64,000 nucleotides of DNA from Marinicella sp. Lineage in GTDB: Bacteria; Pseudomonadota; Gammaproteobacteria; Xanthomonadales; Marinicellaceae. The stretch spans positions 192,001 through 256,000 of the forward strand of contig OZ246001.1 of assembly GCA_965230295.1 (NCBI GenBank), in the 5' to 3' direction. The notes below the pieces were generated by a model that was not told the DNA's origin, searched no databases, and saw nothing but the letters and a program-made list of their open reading frames with translations. Of the stretch, positions 40,059 through 51,726 are shown in pieces (within the stretch, counting starts at the first letter, position 1; every line of letters begins with the position of its first letter). A program made the translations under genes and the position numbers.

Positions 40059-41552
40059 TTAGCGGTTGGCCAAATCAAAACTGCTTTTAAAGATGATCTC
40101 ATGATCTAAATCATCTGCTCCTTTGTGTGTTGCCAATGGCAAGCGGGTTTGCCCATCCACATCAAAAATGGTTCCAGCAGTGGCAACCACCCATAAGTCT
40201 GGATCATTGTATTGACCTGGTGCCAAGTGGAGATCACCATTGAACATGTCAACAAAATTAACAGCCAGGTCCAATGAAGCACTGTCAATACCACTGGCCA
40301 ACTGGTAATCACCAAGGGTGGCATAGGCGATGCCATCAAACACATAGGGATCATTAGACAGGCCATGGTAGATGTTGTTCTCTGCCATTTGCAATGCATT
40401 GCCGCCAGAATAGCTGATGACGGCTGCCTGCGGGTGTGTCATGGTGCTGTGTATGAGGTTATTCTGAATATCGATCTGGGCCCCTGAAGTGGTGGTTACT
40501 TGTAAACCATATGATATGAAAGATCCCATCGTGCCATGAGACACAATTGAATTGTGGTGAACATTGACCCTTTGACTCAAGTTATCTAGTACCAAGCCTT
40601 TGTGGCTGGCCAGAATGAAATTATTGGTGATCAGGGTGTGGGTGATACCATCTCCGTTTAAGCTTGACAAGCGCATCCCGATGCCTCCGTTTCCAGCACC
40701 TAACATGCTGATTTGGTTGGCATTGATGGTGGCTCCATCGGATTGATTCACACGCAGACCTTTGCCATTGCTGGTGATGTTGTTGATGATGTTTTGACTG
40801 AATACAAAATCATTGACGTAATTCAACAAAACCACATTGAAGGAACCGATCGCATCCTGATCATTGAAACGATTCTCTGAAATGGTGATGTTTTGCATTT
40901 GAATGGACGGAAGCCCATATAAGTATATGGCCATGTTACCCCCCTCAAAAGCATTGTTTGTGATTTCAATGTCTGACAATTCAGAAGGTGAGATGGTCAA
41001 TAAAGAAGATCCGTCCTGTTCATCAGACTGCGGATTGATGTCATAGCTTATAAACTGATTCTCAGAGATGGTGATGTGCTGGCTGCCATTTTCAAGCGCC
41101 AACAAACTGGCAAAATCAGCTGTACCCGTGGCCTCAAAAATCAGGTTTTTAACTTCAACGTATGTCACAGCTTCCAGTTTCAGGATCCAGTTGTCACTGG
41201 CAGAAGCTGCATCATGTTGTAGCACAGCTGGATTCATCTCATCTTGAGATTGAATGATCAAGGAGTCATCAGCTTGGTCCAAGTGGGAAAATTCCCCCAA
41301 AGTTGCATGCACTTGATGAACACCAGGAACGACATTTAAAGTGACTGGGCCGCTGATACCATCGGTTGTAATGACGTCAAAAGCCGTGTTCAAATCTTCA
41401 AAATCTGAAAATGCATCACCCACTGTATATGAACCGCTCAAGCCCACTCCCAATTGGCCCGAAGATCCACTCACTGATTCAGAGGCACCAGAAAGGTTTA
41501 TACCCAAAATTGAGCTTAATAAAAGAAAAGCAAACAGTTGATATTTATTCAT
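40059..41552 (-). CDS. Secreted beta-helix protein with EIIFKSSFD near the C-terminus
   Basis: Signal peptide, LSGSYTVG start, beta-helix repeats, DVDGQTR...GADD. Confidence 0.82.
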   Translation of the reverse strand: MNKYQLFAFLLLSSILGINLSGASESVSGSSGQLGVGLSGSYTVGDAFSDFEDLNTAFDVITTDGISGPVTLNVVPGVHQVHATLGEFSHLDQADDSLIIQSQDEMNPAVLQHDAASASDNWILKLEAVTYVEVKNLIFEATGTADFASLLALENGSQHITISENQFISYDINPQSDEQDGSSLLTISPSELSDIEITNNAFEGGNMAIYLYGLPSIQMQNITISENRFNDQDAIGSFNVVLLNYVNDFVFSQNIINNITSNGKGLRVNQSDGATINANQISMLGAGNGGIGMRLSSLNGDGITHTLITNNFILASHKGLVLDNLSQRVNVHHNSIVSHGTMGSFISYGLQVTTTSGAQIDIQNNLIHSTMTHPQAAVISYSGGNALQMAENNIYHGLSNDPYVFDGIAYATLGDYQLASGIDSASLDLAVNFVDMFNGDLHLAPGQYNDPDLWVVATAGTIFDVDGQTRLPLATHKGADDLDHEIIFKSSFDLANR

Positions 41553-41750
41553 GACAGGCTCCTGATTAAATATCCACTAAGTTACTGTTGGGTGAAAATT
41601 TATACCTGAAAAATAAACTAAATCAACATGAAATTTTGTAACCAAATGTTGTCTTCTTGCATCAAAATGTAGCATTTGTGCAGACATAACAATTTATTAA
41701 CTTTTCAAATGTATACTTTTTGACAACTAACAAGGACAGTCATTGCAATT

Positions 41751-43193
41751 ATGAAAACCATCATTCAACTGTGCTATTTCATTTTTTTAGCTTCATCAAC
41801 AACATCTTTTGCAGCGGTTAGCCTCAGTCAAAACCAAACCGGACAAGCCGTGGTGGTCCCTTACTACACTGTTGCCAATAACTTAAACACTTTGGTTTCG
41901 ATCAATAACACCCAGAACCAACCTAAAGCCATCAAGGTTCATATCAAAGACGGGCGCCAAGGCGCTGCCATGATCAGCTTTAATTTGTATTTAGATGCCA
42001 ACGATGTTTTTACTTTCGCCATGGGCGAAGGTGTCTACAGCCCCAATGTCTATAGCAATGACACGTCTTGCACCCTCAACCTTGAAAACATTCCCTTAGG
42101 GATACCTGTCCCTCCTAATGAAAATTGGAACATATTGACAGGCACCATTGAAATCATTGAAATGGGTAATGTATTGACTGAATCGAATGACTTTTTCGGT
42201 GGGATCAGTCAGCAAGAAAATTGTGATCGACTCAGCGACGCCTGGTATGCCAATGGGCCCAACAGTTTTTGGCAAGCAGAATCAACCGCCGAATTGAGTC
42301 CAGTTTCAGGAGGCCTGACAGCTGATGTCAGTGTGATTGATGTGACCGATGGCTTCGCCTTCAAAGTTCCTACTCTGGCCTTTGAAAACTTCTTTCCAGC
42401 TGACACGATTTTTAACCGACTTCCAGAATCGGACGAACCCAATCTGGCCAGCGGCACCCAAAACAGTCTTCTCCTTCATCAAGGCCAAGTCTTTCAAACC
42501 ACTTGGCCCACTGGTTATGAAGCGATCAGTGCCCTGTTCATGAAAAGCACTGTAGAGAATGAATACGATGTTGAAGCGGGAGCCGCGGGCGTTACCGAAT
42601 GGGTCCTGAGTTTTCCAACCATGCCATATCACAAGGCCAGTTCCGTAACCCAAACACCTTTCATTTTTGAGGATGAACAATGGTTTCGGTTTCCGGGCAC
42701 GCCCAGTAATGATTACCATATGTATAACAGAGAGGGTGCCGGTAGCTTTGGCATTTGGGCTTGTGTTCTACCTCCACCCGGAGTCTACTGCCCGCCCATC
42801 AATTTCCTCAATCATGTAGTCTCTACTTACGTGGTTGATCCGAGATTCATTGAAACCCCTGTTTCAGTGATTTCTGGAGGCGGAACAGACAGCGTCAGAC
42901 CATTGAACATCGATGGTTCCGGTCTTAATCCCAATCAATTCCTCTCTGGGAAAGCCAAACTATTGGTCAAATCTGATACTCAGGATGAAGGATTTGGGCA
43001 AGTTTATGCCATAACCAACAACCGCGGCGTCAACAGCTCGACTGCTGCCGCACAAAACTATTTAGGCTTACCAGTCACTGGCTTTTCGGTACAAATGTAC
43101 CGCAATGGCAATGCACAACCTGGTTTGTTGGCCACTTACGCAACCGCAAAAATGCATTATGGCGAACGCATAATCATCGAAGCTGACGATTAA
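41751..43193 (+). CDS. Secreted/cell-surface hypothetical protein
   Basis: Signal peptide, TGQAVVVPYYT, FNLYLDAND, GLPVTGF. Confidence 0.75.
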   Translation: MKTIIQLCYFIFLASSTTSFAAVSLSQNQTGQAVVVPYYTVANNLNTLVSINNTQNQPKAIKVHIKDGRQGAAMISFNLYLDANDVFTFAMGEGVYSPNVYSNDTSCTLNLENIPLGIPVPPNENWNILTGTIEIIEMGNVLTESNDFFGGISQQENCDRLSDAWYANGPNSFWQAESTAELSPVSGGLTADVSVIDVTDGFAFKVPTLAFENFFPADTIFNRLPESDEPNLASGTQNSLLLHQGQVFQTTWPTGYEAISALFMKSTVENEYDVEAGAAGVTEWVLSFPTMPYHKASSVTQTPFIFEDEQWFRFPGTPSNDYHMYNREGAGSFGIWACVLPPPGVYCPPINFLNHVVSTYVVDPRFIETPVSVISGGGTDSVRPLNIDGSGLNPNQFLSGKAKLLVKSDTQDEGFGQVYAITNNRGVNSSTAAAQNYLGLPVTGFSVQMYRNGNAQPGLLATYATAKMHYGERIIIEADD

Positions 43194-43221
43194 AAAAAGC
43201 ACCCGTTTTTGGGTGCTTCTT
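43193..43221. terminator. Bidirectional intrinsic terminator
   Basis: AAAAAAAGCACCC-GTTTTT-GGGTGCTTCTT between convergent genes. Confidence 0.75.
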
Positions 43222-43245
43222 GATGGCTGTTTGTTGATGGCGGAA

Positions 43246-43728
43246 TTATGCCGCCAAAGCTTTCTCGATGTACTTTTTCAAATCCTTGGGTTTGGTTGTT
43301 GGTGCAAATCGTTTGATTGGCTGACCGTCTTTACCCACCAAGAATTTGGTGAAATTCCATTTGATGTTTTTACCTAAAGTACCGGGTAACTCGTCTTTCA
43401 AATATTCAAATACAGGATGGGTGTCATCACCGTTGACATCTATTTTGCCAAACATGGGAAAACTGACGCCGTAATTAATTTCACAAAACTCACTGATTTG
43501 ATCGGCGTTTCCTGGCTCCTGTTTACCAAATTGATTGCAAGGAAAACCCAATATTTCCAAGCCCTGATCTTTGTATTCTTCATACAAGGCTTGTAAGCCC
43601 TCATACTGTGGGGTCAATCCACATTTACTGGCTGTGTTGACCACCAACACCACTTTACCTTTGTAGGCGGCCAATTCTTGTTCTTTGCCAGTCAAGGTCT
43701 CTGCTTTGAAATCGAATAATTCTGTCAT
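43246..43728 (-). CDS. Glutathione peroxidase
   Basis: VNTASKCG, LGFPCNQF, WNFTKFLV. Confidence 0.95.
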   Translation of the reverse strand: MTELFDFKAETLTGKEQELAAYKGKVVLVVNTASKCGLTPQYEGLQALYEEYKDQGLEILGFPCNQFGKQEPGNADQISEFCEINYGVSFPMFGKIDVNGDDTHPVFEYLKDELPGTLGKNIKWNFTKFLVGKDGQPIKRFAPTTKPKDLKKYIEKALAA

Positions 43729-43862
43729 GATTGTCTCTGATGGATAATTCTCCTCATTATGGTGGCACAGGCGTGAAAATTAAAGCGATGCAGAAAATAA
43801 AAACACTTGAATTTTGAACGACAGACCATTAGCCTTATCTGTTTTTTAATAGAAAGTAAATC

Positions 43863-44453
43863 ATGCCTTTAATCAAACCCTTAGACCAATTTGCCAATCC
43901 AGAAGTTGAACGACTGGTTAAATTTTTCAACGAAACCTTGGGGTTTTGCCCCAACAGTGTACTTACCATGCAGCGACGCCCAGCCATAGCTGAAGCCTTC
44001 GTCAATCTCAACATGGCAGTCATGGCCAACGAAGGTCGTGTGACCGCAGAACAAAAACGCCTGGTCGGTTATCTGACCAGTGCCCAAACAGGGTGTCGTT
44101 ATTGCCAAGCTCACACCATTCTGGCCGCTGAACGCTATGGTGGCTCTCAAGAGCGTTTGGACAACATATGGGAGTTCCGCAACAGTGATTTGTTCACTGA
44201 GGCTGAAAAAGCCATGTTTGAGTTTGCCTTGGCTGCCTCCAGCGTACCCAATGCCGTCGATGAAAGCATTGAAACAGAACTCAAGAAACACTGGGATGAT
44301 GGTGAAGTGGTAGAAATCTTAGGAGTGATTGCCCTGTTCGGCTACCTCAACCGCTGGAATGACTCCATGGGAACCAGCCTGGAAAGTGGCGCAGAAGATG
44401 CAGGTATGAAATATTTTGGCGATCAAGGCTGGGACAAAGGCAAACACCAGTAA
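43863..44453 (+). CDS. Carboxymuconolactone decarboxylase/AhpD family protein
   Basis: GCRYCQAH motif. Confidence 0.88.
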   Translation: MPLIKPLDQFANPEVERLVKFFNETLGFCPNSVLTMQRRPAIAEAFVNLNMAVMANEGRVTAEQKRLVGYLTSAQTGCRYCQAHTILAAERYGGSQERLDNIWEFRNSDLFTEAEKAMFEFALAASSVPNAVDESIETELKKHWDDGEVVEILGVIALFGYLNRWNDSMGTSLESGAEDAGMKYFGDQGWDKGKHQ

Positions 44454-44455
44454 AC

Positions 44456-45385
44456 ATGGACCACCACCATCACAAACATGACCATGATCATGGGCACCAC
44501 GACCACAGTGTCGCGGTAAACCAAGACAATAAATCTCGAGTCTTGTGGGCCATGATGCTGACCTTTGGCTTCATGTTTGCCGAAGTCATTGGTGGACTGA
44601 TCTCAGGCTCACTGTCCCTATTGGCCGATGCCGGCCACATGTTCAGTGATGGTTTGGCCTTGTTACTGTCATGGTTGGCTTTCAAATACAGTGACAAAGG
44701 GGCTGATCAAGCCCGCAGCTTTGGCTGGCACCGTTTCCAAATTCTGGCTGCTTTTGTCAATGGACTCAGTTTATTGGTCATTGCTGTGTGGATTGTGGTT
44801 GAGGCTGTGAGCCGATTTTGGGCGCCCGTTCAGGTCATGGCGACACCGATGATGGTGATTGCCACCCTGGGTTTAATCGTCAACTTGGTGGTGTTCAAAA
44901 TACTCAGCGGTGGAGACCATGATAACTTGAACCTGCAGTCGGCGATGATCCATGTGCTGGGTGATTTGTTGGGTTCAGTGGCGGCCATCTTGGCTGCATT
45001 GCTTATTCTGTTTTTTGATTGGTATTTGGCCGACCCCATTTTGTCGATTCTGGTTGCACTGCTGATCATGAAATCCGGCTTGGCGGTGGTCAAAAAATCG
45101 GCACATATCTTGGTTGAAGGCAGCCCCGACTCAGTTGATGAAGCAGTCGTTAAATCCCTATTGGTGGCTGAAGTTGATTCTGTGGTTGATGTCCACCACA
45201 TCCATGTGTGGTCATTGACCAACGACATCAATCTCATGACCTTGCATGTGCAGGTTGATGAGATTCAGCATGACTCTGATGTGTTGAAAGCAATTAAATC
45301 TTTGTTAAAAGAACACTTTGATGTGCGTCACACCACCATTCAGGTTGAACACTTGCCCTGCCCTGACGATGATTGCGACATGTGA
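44456..45385 (+). CDS. Cation diffusion facilitator (CzcD/ZitB-like)
   Basis: His-rich N-terminus, LLADAGHMFSD, HVLGDLLGS, HTTIQVE. Confidence 0.93.
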   Translation: MDHHHHKHDHDHGHHDHSVAVNQDNKSRVLWAMMLTFGFMFAEVIGGLISGSLSLLADAGHMFSDGLALLLSWLAFKYSDKGADQARSFGWHRFQILAAFVNGLSLLVIAVWIVVEAVSRFWAPVQVMATPMMVIATLGLIVNLVVFKILSGGDHDNLNLQSAMIHVLGDLLGSVAAILAALLILFFDWYLADPILSILVALLIMKSGLAVVKKSAHILVEGSPDSVDEAVVKSLLVAEVDSVVDVHHIHVWSLTNDINLMTLHVQVDEIQHDSDVLKAIKSLLKEHFDVRHTTIQVEHLPCPDDDCDM

Positions 45386-45543
45386 CATCAAATTTCAAAC
45401 ACCCTTTGTCCATTGGCTTGAACTCACGGCTTTTTGAAAAGTCATTGAATCGTTTGATCATGTCACTCATTCGCGTCTGAATGTGTTGTGGTCTCTTTTC
45501 TGTGCTATCAATGGTGTTTTAAATCCATTACACAGGAGGAGTC

Positions 45544-46746
45544 ATGAAAATCAGAATCATATTTCTGGCATTTTTATTAACCGGATGCCAATACCACAAC
45601 ATGCAAAAAGAATCGTTGGATAAAATCCACCCTGAGGACGCCGTTCCCAACCCCATAGTACTTCGCCCCGCGGACAACAATAATTTGGCCGTCAATTGCG
45701 TTGCAAACCCATGTATGACAGTAAAGATTATAGATGTAGGCCAGGGGTCAACAGGGTTGGCTTTGTTACCTGATGGGACCAGTATCCTAATCGATGCCGG
45801 CGGTTCTGGTTCGAGCTGGGCAAGCAATGTCAACACCCAAATTACCAGCCTCGGAATCACCCAAATTGATTACTTGATACTGAGTCATTCTGATAATGAT
45901 CACATCAACTTAATCAACGACATCACGGCTTTAGACTTATCGACCTTAACGGCCATTCATTTGTCAGGAGAGCCCTCGGATTACTACTACCAAAATACTG
46001 CTGGTAGGATTTTCATGTCAAAAATTTACACCAACCCATCATCACAAAGGTCTATTGCTCAATGTAATCAAAACAAAAAACCTGGTGTGAATGCAACCAT
46101 TTATTGCTATGGCAATGCCACATATGGCGCTGCCCTCAATCAAATCGGCTTTCCGAATGACCCCACAATAGGCTTATATACCTATTTATTGGCGGTCAAT
46201 GTAGGCAGCACCACTGCGCCTCCAACATCAAGTAACGCGGCCTCTTTGGTGTTTGGTATTACTTACAACAATGAAAAACTCATTTTTCCGGGGGATGCCG
46301 AAGGCAGCACACAAATTGGGATGACAGCCAATTCCCTCGCTGCCATGTATCAGGACGTGACGGTTTACCCACTGGCTCATCATGGCGCCACAACCAATGG
46401 ATCCAACAGCACTGCCTGGCTCACAGAAGTTCAAGCAAATGCTTATGTTTCATCAAGTTCCTGGCACACTGGATGGTATCATCCGAGCGGCCAACTCATT
46501 CATAACATCAGAAGCAACGGCAACCTGAATACCAGATTGATGAACTTCACCCAACATTATGTTTTCAGTTCAAGTAAAACAACCCTACCCGCATACTGTT
46601 ATTGTGATTTTCAATCCTCAATCATGAGTACTTACACCAATGGAACAGGTACATTCATCAGTGACGGAGTGACCTGGGAATATACCAGTGCAGAAAATGC
46701 TAAATATGGGTTAAGCGCATGCCCATTAACCGCTAATTACTGTTAA
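45544..46746 (+). CDS. Lipoprotein with ComEC/Rec2-type metallo-beta-lactamase fold
   Basis: Lipobox LTGC, IDVGQG, SHSDNDH, FPGDA, AHHG. Confidence 0.85.
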   Translation: MKIRIIFLAFLLTGCQYHNMQKESLDKIHPEDAVPNPIVLRPADNNNLAVNCVANPCMTVKIIDVGQGSTGLALLPDGTSILIDAGGSGSSWASNVNTQITSLGITQIDYLILSHSDNDHINLINDITALDLSTLTAIHLSGEPSDYYYQNTAGRIFMSKIYTNPSSQRSIAQCNQNKKPGVNATIYCYGNATYGAALNQIGFPNDPTIGLYTYLLAVNVGSTTAPPTSSNAASLVFGITYNNEKLIFPGDAEGSTQIGMTANSLAAMYQDVTVYPLAHHGATTNGSNSTAWLTEVQANAYVSSSSWHTGWYHPSGQLIHNIRSNGNLNTRLMNFTQHYVFSSSKTTLPAYCYCDFQSSIMSTYTNGTGTFISDGVTWEYTSAENAKYGLSACPLTANYC

Positions 46747-46946
46747 AAATATTGTGATTAAAACCCGGCCAACCATTGTGACTTAGCACCTCACGGGTTG
46801 GCCGGGCAGGCGTATTGATGGCAAGATATCAGTGCCGGCAACCATGGCCCCGGCATCAATGCATTGATCGATCATTACCACACATCTCGAAAGTAATCAT
46901 GGTATCGTGTTAACATTTATCTACCCTTAGAAATAGCTTGCTGATC

Positions 46947-47507
46947 ATGACAGATTTTCAAATTACTTCAGCCAAAACAGAGCAAGACATATCAGACATC
47001 CTGAAACTGCAAAAACAGAATTTAGCGAAAAGTCTTTCATCGGAAGAAGCAAACTCACAAGGGTTTGTTACAGTAGACCACGATTTTGACATTTTGCGAG
47101 CGATGAACAGTCCACACCCTCACGTCATCGCTAAGGATCAGGATCAAGTGGTGGCCTATGCGCTGGTTATGTTGCGTAAATTTTCTTCAGAAATTCCTGT
47201 TCTCACTCCCATGTTCAATCGGATTGAAAGATTAAAATATCAGGATCAATTAATCACCCCAGACCAATATTTCATCATGGGACAGGTGTGTGTGGCCAAA
47301 CCATACCGGTCATTGGGGGTGTTTGCTGGCCTGTATGCACACATGCGTGAGCAGATGAAGGCACATTTTAAATACATCATCACAGAAATAGCTGATACCA
47401 ACACACGCTCAATCAGAGCCCATGAAAAAGTGGGCTTCACCACCATTGATACCTATACAAGCGATGAGACTGTTTGGCACATAGTGCTGCTGGATTTATC
47501 CGGTTAG
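46947..47507 (+). CDS. GNAT family acetyltransferase
   Basis: GQVCVAKPYRSLG and NTRSIRAHEKVGF. Confidence 0.85.
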   Translation: MTDFQITSAKTEQDISDILKLQKQNLAKSLSSEEANSQGFVTVDHDFDILRAMNSPHPHVIAKDQDQVVAYALVMLRKFSSEIPVLTPMFNRIERLKYQDQLITPDQYFIMGQVCVAKPYRSLGVFAGLYAHMREQMKAHFKYIITEIADTNTRSIRAHEKVGFTTIDTYTSDETVWHIVLLDLSG

Positions 47508-47577
47508 GGTACGTCCAGACATGGCCCAAACAACTCGGGTTGTGTTATCATAATTACTTTCAAATGCACCACCATAA

Positions 47578-48693
<1,116 letters not shown>

Positions 48694-48706
48694 GCAGGAG
48701 TCATTG

Positions 48707-49537
48707 ATGGAGTTGAAAAGTAAAACCAAGATGCACGGTGGAAAATTGGCCTATTACCAGCATCAATCCACTGCCAATCAGGCACCCATGGGCTTTGCGG
48801 TGTACTTACCTCCTCAGGCGTCAGAGAAACCTGTACCTGTCCTCTATTTTCTTTCAGGTCTGACCTGTACAGAAGAAAATTTCATGATCAAATCCGGAGC
48901 ACAACGATTTGCTGCCAATCATGGCATCGCTTTAATCACCATGGATACCAGCCCTCGAAACTTAGGTATCGAAGGGGAAGATGACAGTTATGATTTTGGC
49001 TCAGGGGCTGGTTTTTACCTCAATGCCACCGCAGTACCTTGGGCAAAAAATTACCAAATGTATGATTATGTGGTGCATGAATTACCGGCGCTGATTGAAC
49101 AGCATTTTCCAGTGACCAACAAACGATCCATTTTCGGCCACTCAATGGGAGGGCATGGAGCCTTAACCATTGCCTTAAAAAACCCTGACCGTTATTGCTC
49201 GGTCAGTGCTTTTTCCCCAATAGTAGCGCCCACCCAAAACCCATGGGGTGTCAAAGCATTTACCGGCTATTTAGGCGATGATCGAAGCCAATGGCAACCA
49301 TATGACACCGTAGAACTGGTTAAGCAAGGGGCTGAAAAAGTGCCTTTATTCATCGATCAAGGCAGTGATGATGAGTTTTTATCCGAGTACTTACAACCAG
49401 AAAAACTACAAGCTGTGTGTGAGCAATTCAGCCACCCGCTTAACCTCCGCATGCACAGTGGTTATGACCACAGCTATTATTTCATCGCCAGTTTCATCGA
49501 GGATCACATCGCTTACCATGCCAAGCACCTGCTCTGA
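48707..49537 (+). CDS. fghA: S-formylglutathione hydrolase
   Basis: LSGLTC, GHSMGGHG, GYDHSYYF. Confidence 0.95.
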   Translation: MELKSKTKMHGGKLAYYQHQSTANQAPMGFAVYLPPQASEKPVPVLYFLSGLTCTEENFMIKSGAQRFAANHGIALITMDTSPRNLGIEGEDDSYDFGSGAGFYLNATAVPWAKNYQMYDYVVHELPALIEQHFPVTNKRSIFGHSMGGHGALTIALKNPDRYCSVSAFSPIVAPTQNPWGVKAFTGYLGDDRSQWQPYDTVELVKQGAEKVPLFIDQGSDDEFLSEYLQPEKLQAVCEQFSHPLNLRMHSGYDHSYYFIASFIEDHIAYHAKHLL

Positions 49538-49549
49538 AACACAATCAGT

Positions 49550-50047
49550 CTATGACCTGTTAACAGGCCCTAGTTCCAACTGATAAAAAACATTATCCAC
49601 GGCTATCAAAGGAAATGAACCGGGCAATTGAGATTGGCTGATGGCTTGGTAGCCGTTTTTTTCATAAAACCGCATGGCAGCATGATAAACATCAATGGTT
49701 CCCAAATAAATGTTTCTCACACCTTGTACCCGAGCCCAATCATGACAGGCATTCAACAAGGCTTTGGCCACCCCTTTCTTTGCCCCCCTGTAATCAGGTG
49801 ACACAAACATTTTGCGCAAAGCCACTGCTTGCATTCCAATATCTATCAGAGCAATGGTACCAATGACTGCACCTGCATCAACTGCGACCCAAAAATTACC
49901 AGTCCCTTGCTGATAAAAATGTTCGATGTCATGCAAATCCGGTTGGTCTTCGGCAGTTATGCTCACCCCAAACTCCTGTTGCTGGATGCTCAGTATCAAA
50001 TCAATCACGGCAGATTGATCACTGTCAAGGTAAGTTCTGATGTTCAT
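49550..50047 (-). CDS. GNAT family acetyltransferase
   Basis: LRKMFVSPDYRG and FYEKNGY. Confidence 0.88.
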   Translation of the reverse strand: MNIRTYLDSDQSAVIDLILSIQQQEFGVSITAEDQPDLHDIEHFYQQGTGNFWVAVDAGAVIGTIALIDIGMQAVALRKMFVSPDYRGAKKGVAKALLNACHDWARVQGVRNIYLGTIDVYHAAMRFYEKNGYQAISQSQLPGSFPLIAVDNVFYQLELGPVNRS

Positions 50048-50102
50048 GAAAGAGTAAAATGTGATGTCATTTTCTAAGGGTTGAATTGAATCGGCAGAAA
50101 AC

Positions 50103-50786
50103 TCATTTCCACATGGCAATGGTCAGTAAAGTCTTTTCATTGATCTCACTGTCAATGTTGACCAGTTTCCAATTTCCTTGCTGTTTAAACTCCAACGTGA
50201 TCATTTCTTTGCCGGCATCATTCACAAATACTGCATGTTTCTCAGTGGCCGAAATGCTACTCATACACAAAGTGTAGTCGTCTTTGCCAGCCACAACCGT
50301 TGCATCACATGGAACCAGCGCTCCCAATTCGTGCTTTTTCTTAAGGTAGGCTCTGGTGTAATCTGCCAAATGTCTGGGAATCAAAAACAGCACCGCCTTT
50401 TCAGACAACTGTGCTGTGGTTTCATCATCCATCGCGGTGGGATCAGACTCTGCAATTGCAGCTTTGATTCGGTTTCGCATGCCCTCATTCAAAGCATTGA
50501 AATCAATATAGTTCCCCAAATCAGCTTCCCATTTTTTGCGATCTCGTTTGGGCAATTTGCGATCATCACTGATCAAGTAATGAATCCCGATGCCTCGCAT
50601 CACTTGGTCAATTTGTTCTGCATCATTGAGTTTATGAGCCGAAAGTGACCCACATACAAGCAATAACAGAAGGCAATTGAGAACAGTGGATCCCAAACGT
50701 AATATACACAATGGGTTGCGCTGCTTGACTTTGAATTTTGACCACATCATTTCTTGCTCACCCATCTTAAGAACGTGATATTTCAA
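50103..50786 (-). CDS. Exported hypothetical protein (start uncertain)
   Basis: Internal signal-like stretch LLLLLVCGSLSA. Confidence 0.55.
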   Translation of the reverse strand: MKYHVLKMGEQEMMWSKFKVKQRNPLCILRLGSTVLNCLLLLLVCGSLSAHKLNDAEQIDQVMRGIGIHYLISDDRKLPKRDRKKWEADLGNYIDFNALNEGMRNRIKAAIAESDPTAMDDETTAQLSEKAVLFLIPRHLADYTRAYLKKKHELGALVPCDATVVAGKDDYTLCMSSISATEKHAVFVNDAGKEMITLEFKQQGNWKLVNIDSEINEKTLLTIAMWK

Positions 50787-51099
50787 TGCTGAGTACCACT
50801 TCTAATACCCAGGCACTGAGATTGGGGAAAAACCAACCAAAGGCAGCCAACAATGCACCACCTGCACCCGCCCAAGGCAGGTATTGCCACAACAAATGCT
50901 GCCAATCAATGAATTCGGTAGGTAAAGCAAATAACCGAATAACTACACCCATGATTAAACCTGGGATCAACCACATCAGCGCCATAAAAACTTTGGTGCC
51001 CAGTGTGAACTGGTCTTTGGCCTGTAGTTCTGCTTGTTCTGGTGTTGGCATGGTAATCATCCATTGATATGCACTCATAACCCATTGTACTGAGCTCAT
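50767..51099 (-). CDS. Small membrane protein
   Basis: Two hydrophobic helices. Confidence 0.55.
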   Translation of the reverse strand: MSSVQWVMSAYQWMITMPTPEQAELQAKDQFTLGTKVFMALMWLIPGLIMGVVIRLFALPTEFIDWQHLLWQYLPWAGAGGALLAAFGWFFPNLSAWVLEVVLSIEISRS

Positions 51100-51172
51100 A
51101 ACATATTTTCACTTTAATTCATCGACACAGGCCATATAATCGAGATATTGACCACGTATTAGAGGAAACCCT

Positions 51173-51673
51173 ATGACCACAGAACGAGCAGTATTGGCAG
51201 GCGGATGCTTTTGGGGCATGCAAGACCTGATCAGAAAAATGGACGGTGTTACTGACACCCGTGTTGGCTACACCGGTGGTGAAGTAGCAAACGCCACATA
51301 CCGCAACCATGCTGGACATGCAGAAGCGATAGAAATTATTTTTGATAACGAAGTGATTACATACCGAGATATTCTGGCCTTCTTTTTCCAGATTCATGAC
51401 CCCACCACAGTGGATCGCCAAGGTAATGATATGGGTGACTCATACCGTTCGGAGATTTTTTACACCAGCGAAGCGCAAAAAGACATGGCCATAAAAACCA
51501 TCAAGGATGTTGACGCCTCCGGGCTGTGGCCAGGCAAGGCGGTCACCAAAATTTCTGCTGTCAGTGATTTCTGGGAAGCTGAGCCTGAACACCAAGACTA
51601 TTTAGAAAGGATACCGAATGGTTACACCTGCCACTTTGCAAGGCCTGATTGGGTGCTGCCTGAAGCAGAATAA
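51173..51673 (+). CDS. msrA: Peptide methionine sulfoxide reductase A
   Basis: [26 protein letters not shown]. Confidence 0.96.
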   Translation: MTTERAVLAGGCFWGMQDLIRKMDGVTDTRVGYTGGEVANATYRNHAGHAEAIEIIFDNEVITYRDILAFFFQIHDPTTVDRQGNDMGDSYRSEIFYTSEAQKDMAIKTIKDVDASGLWPGKAVTKISAVSDFWEAEPEHQDYLERIPNGYTCHFARPDWVLPEAE

Positions 51674-51679
51674 ACAACC

Positions 51680-51708
51680 AAAAAAGGCCGCATCATGCGG
51701 CCTTTTTT
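51680..51708. terminator. Bidirectional intrinsic terminator
   Basis: AAAAAAGGCCGC-ATCAT-GCGGCCTTTTTT. Confidence 0.85.
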
Positions 51709-51726
51709 ATAAACTCTCAGTGAGCT

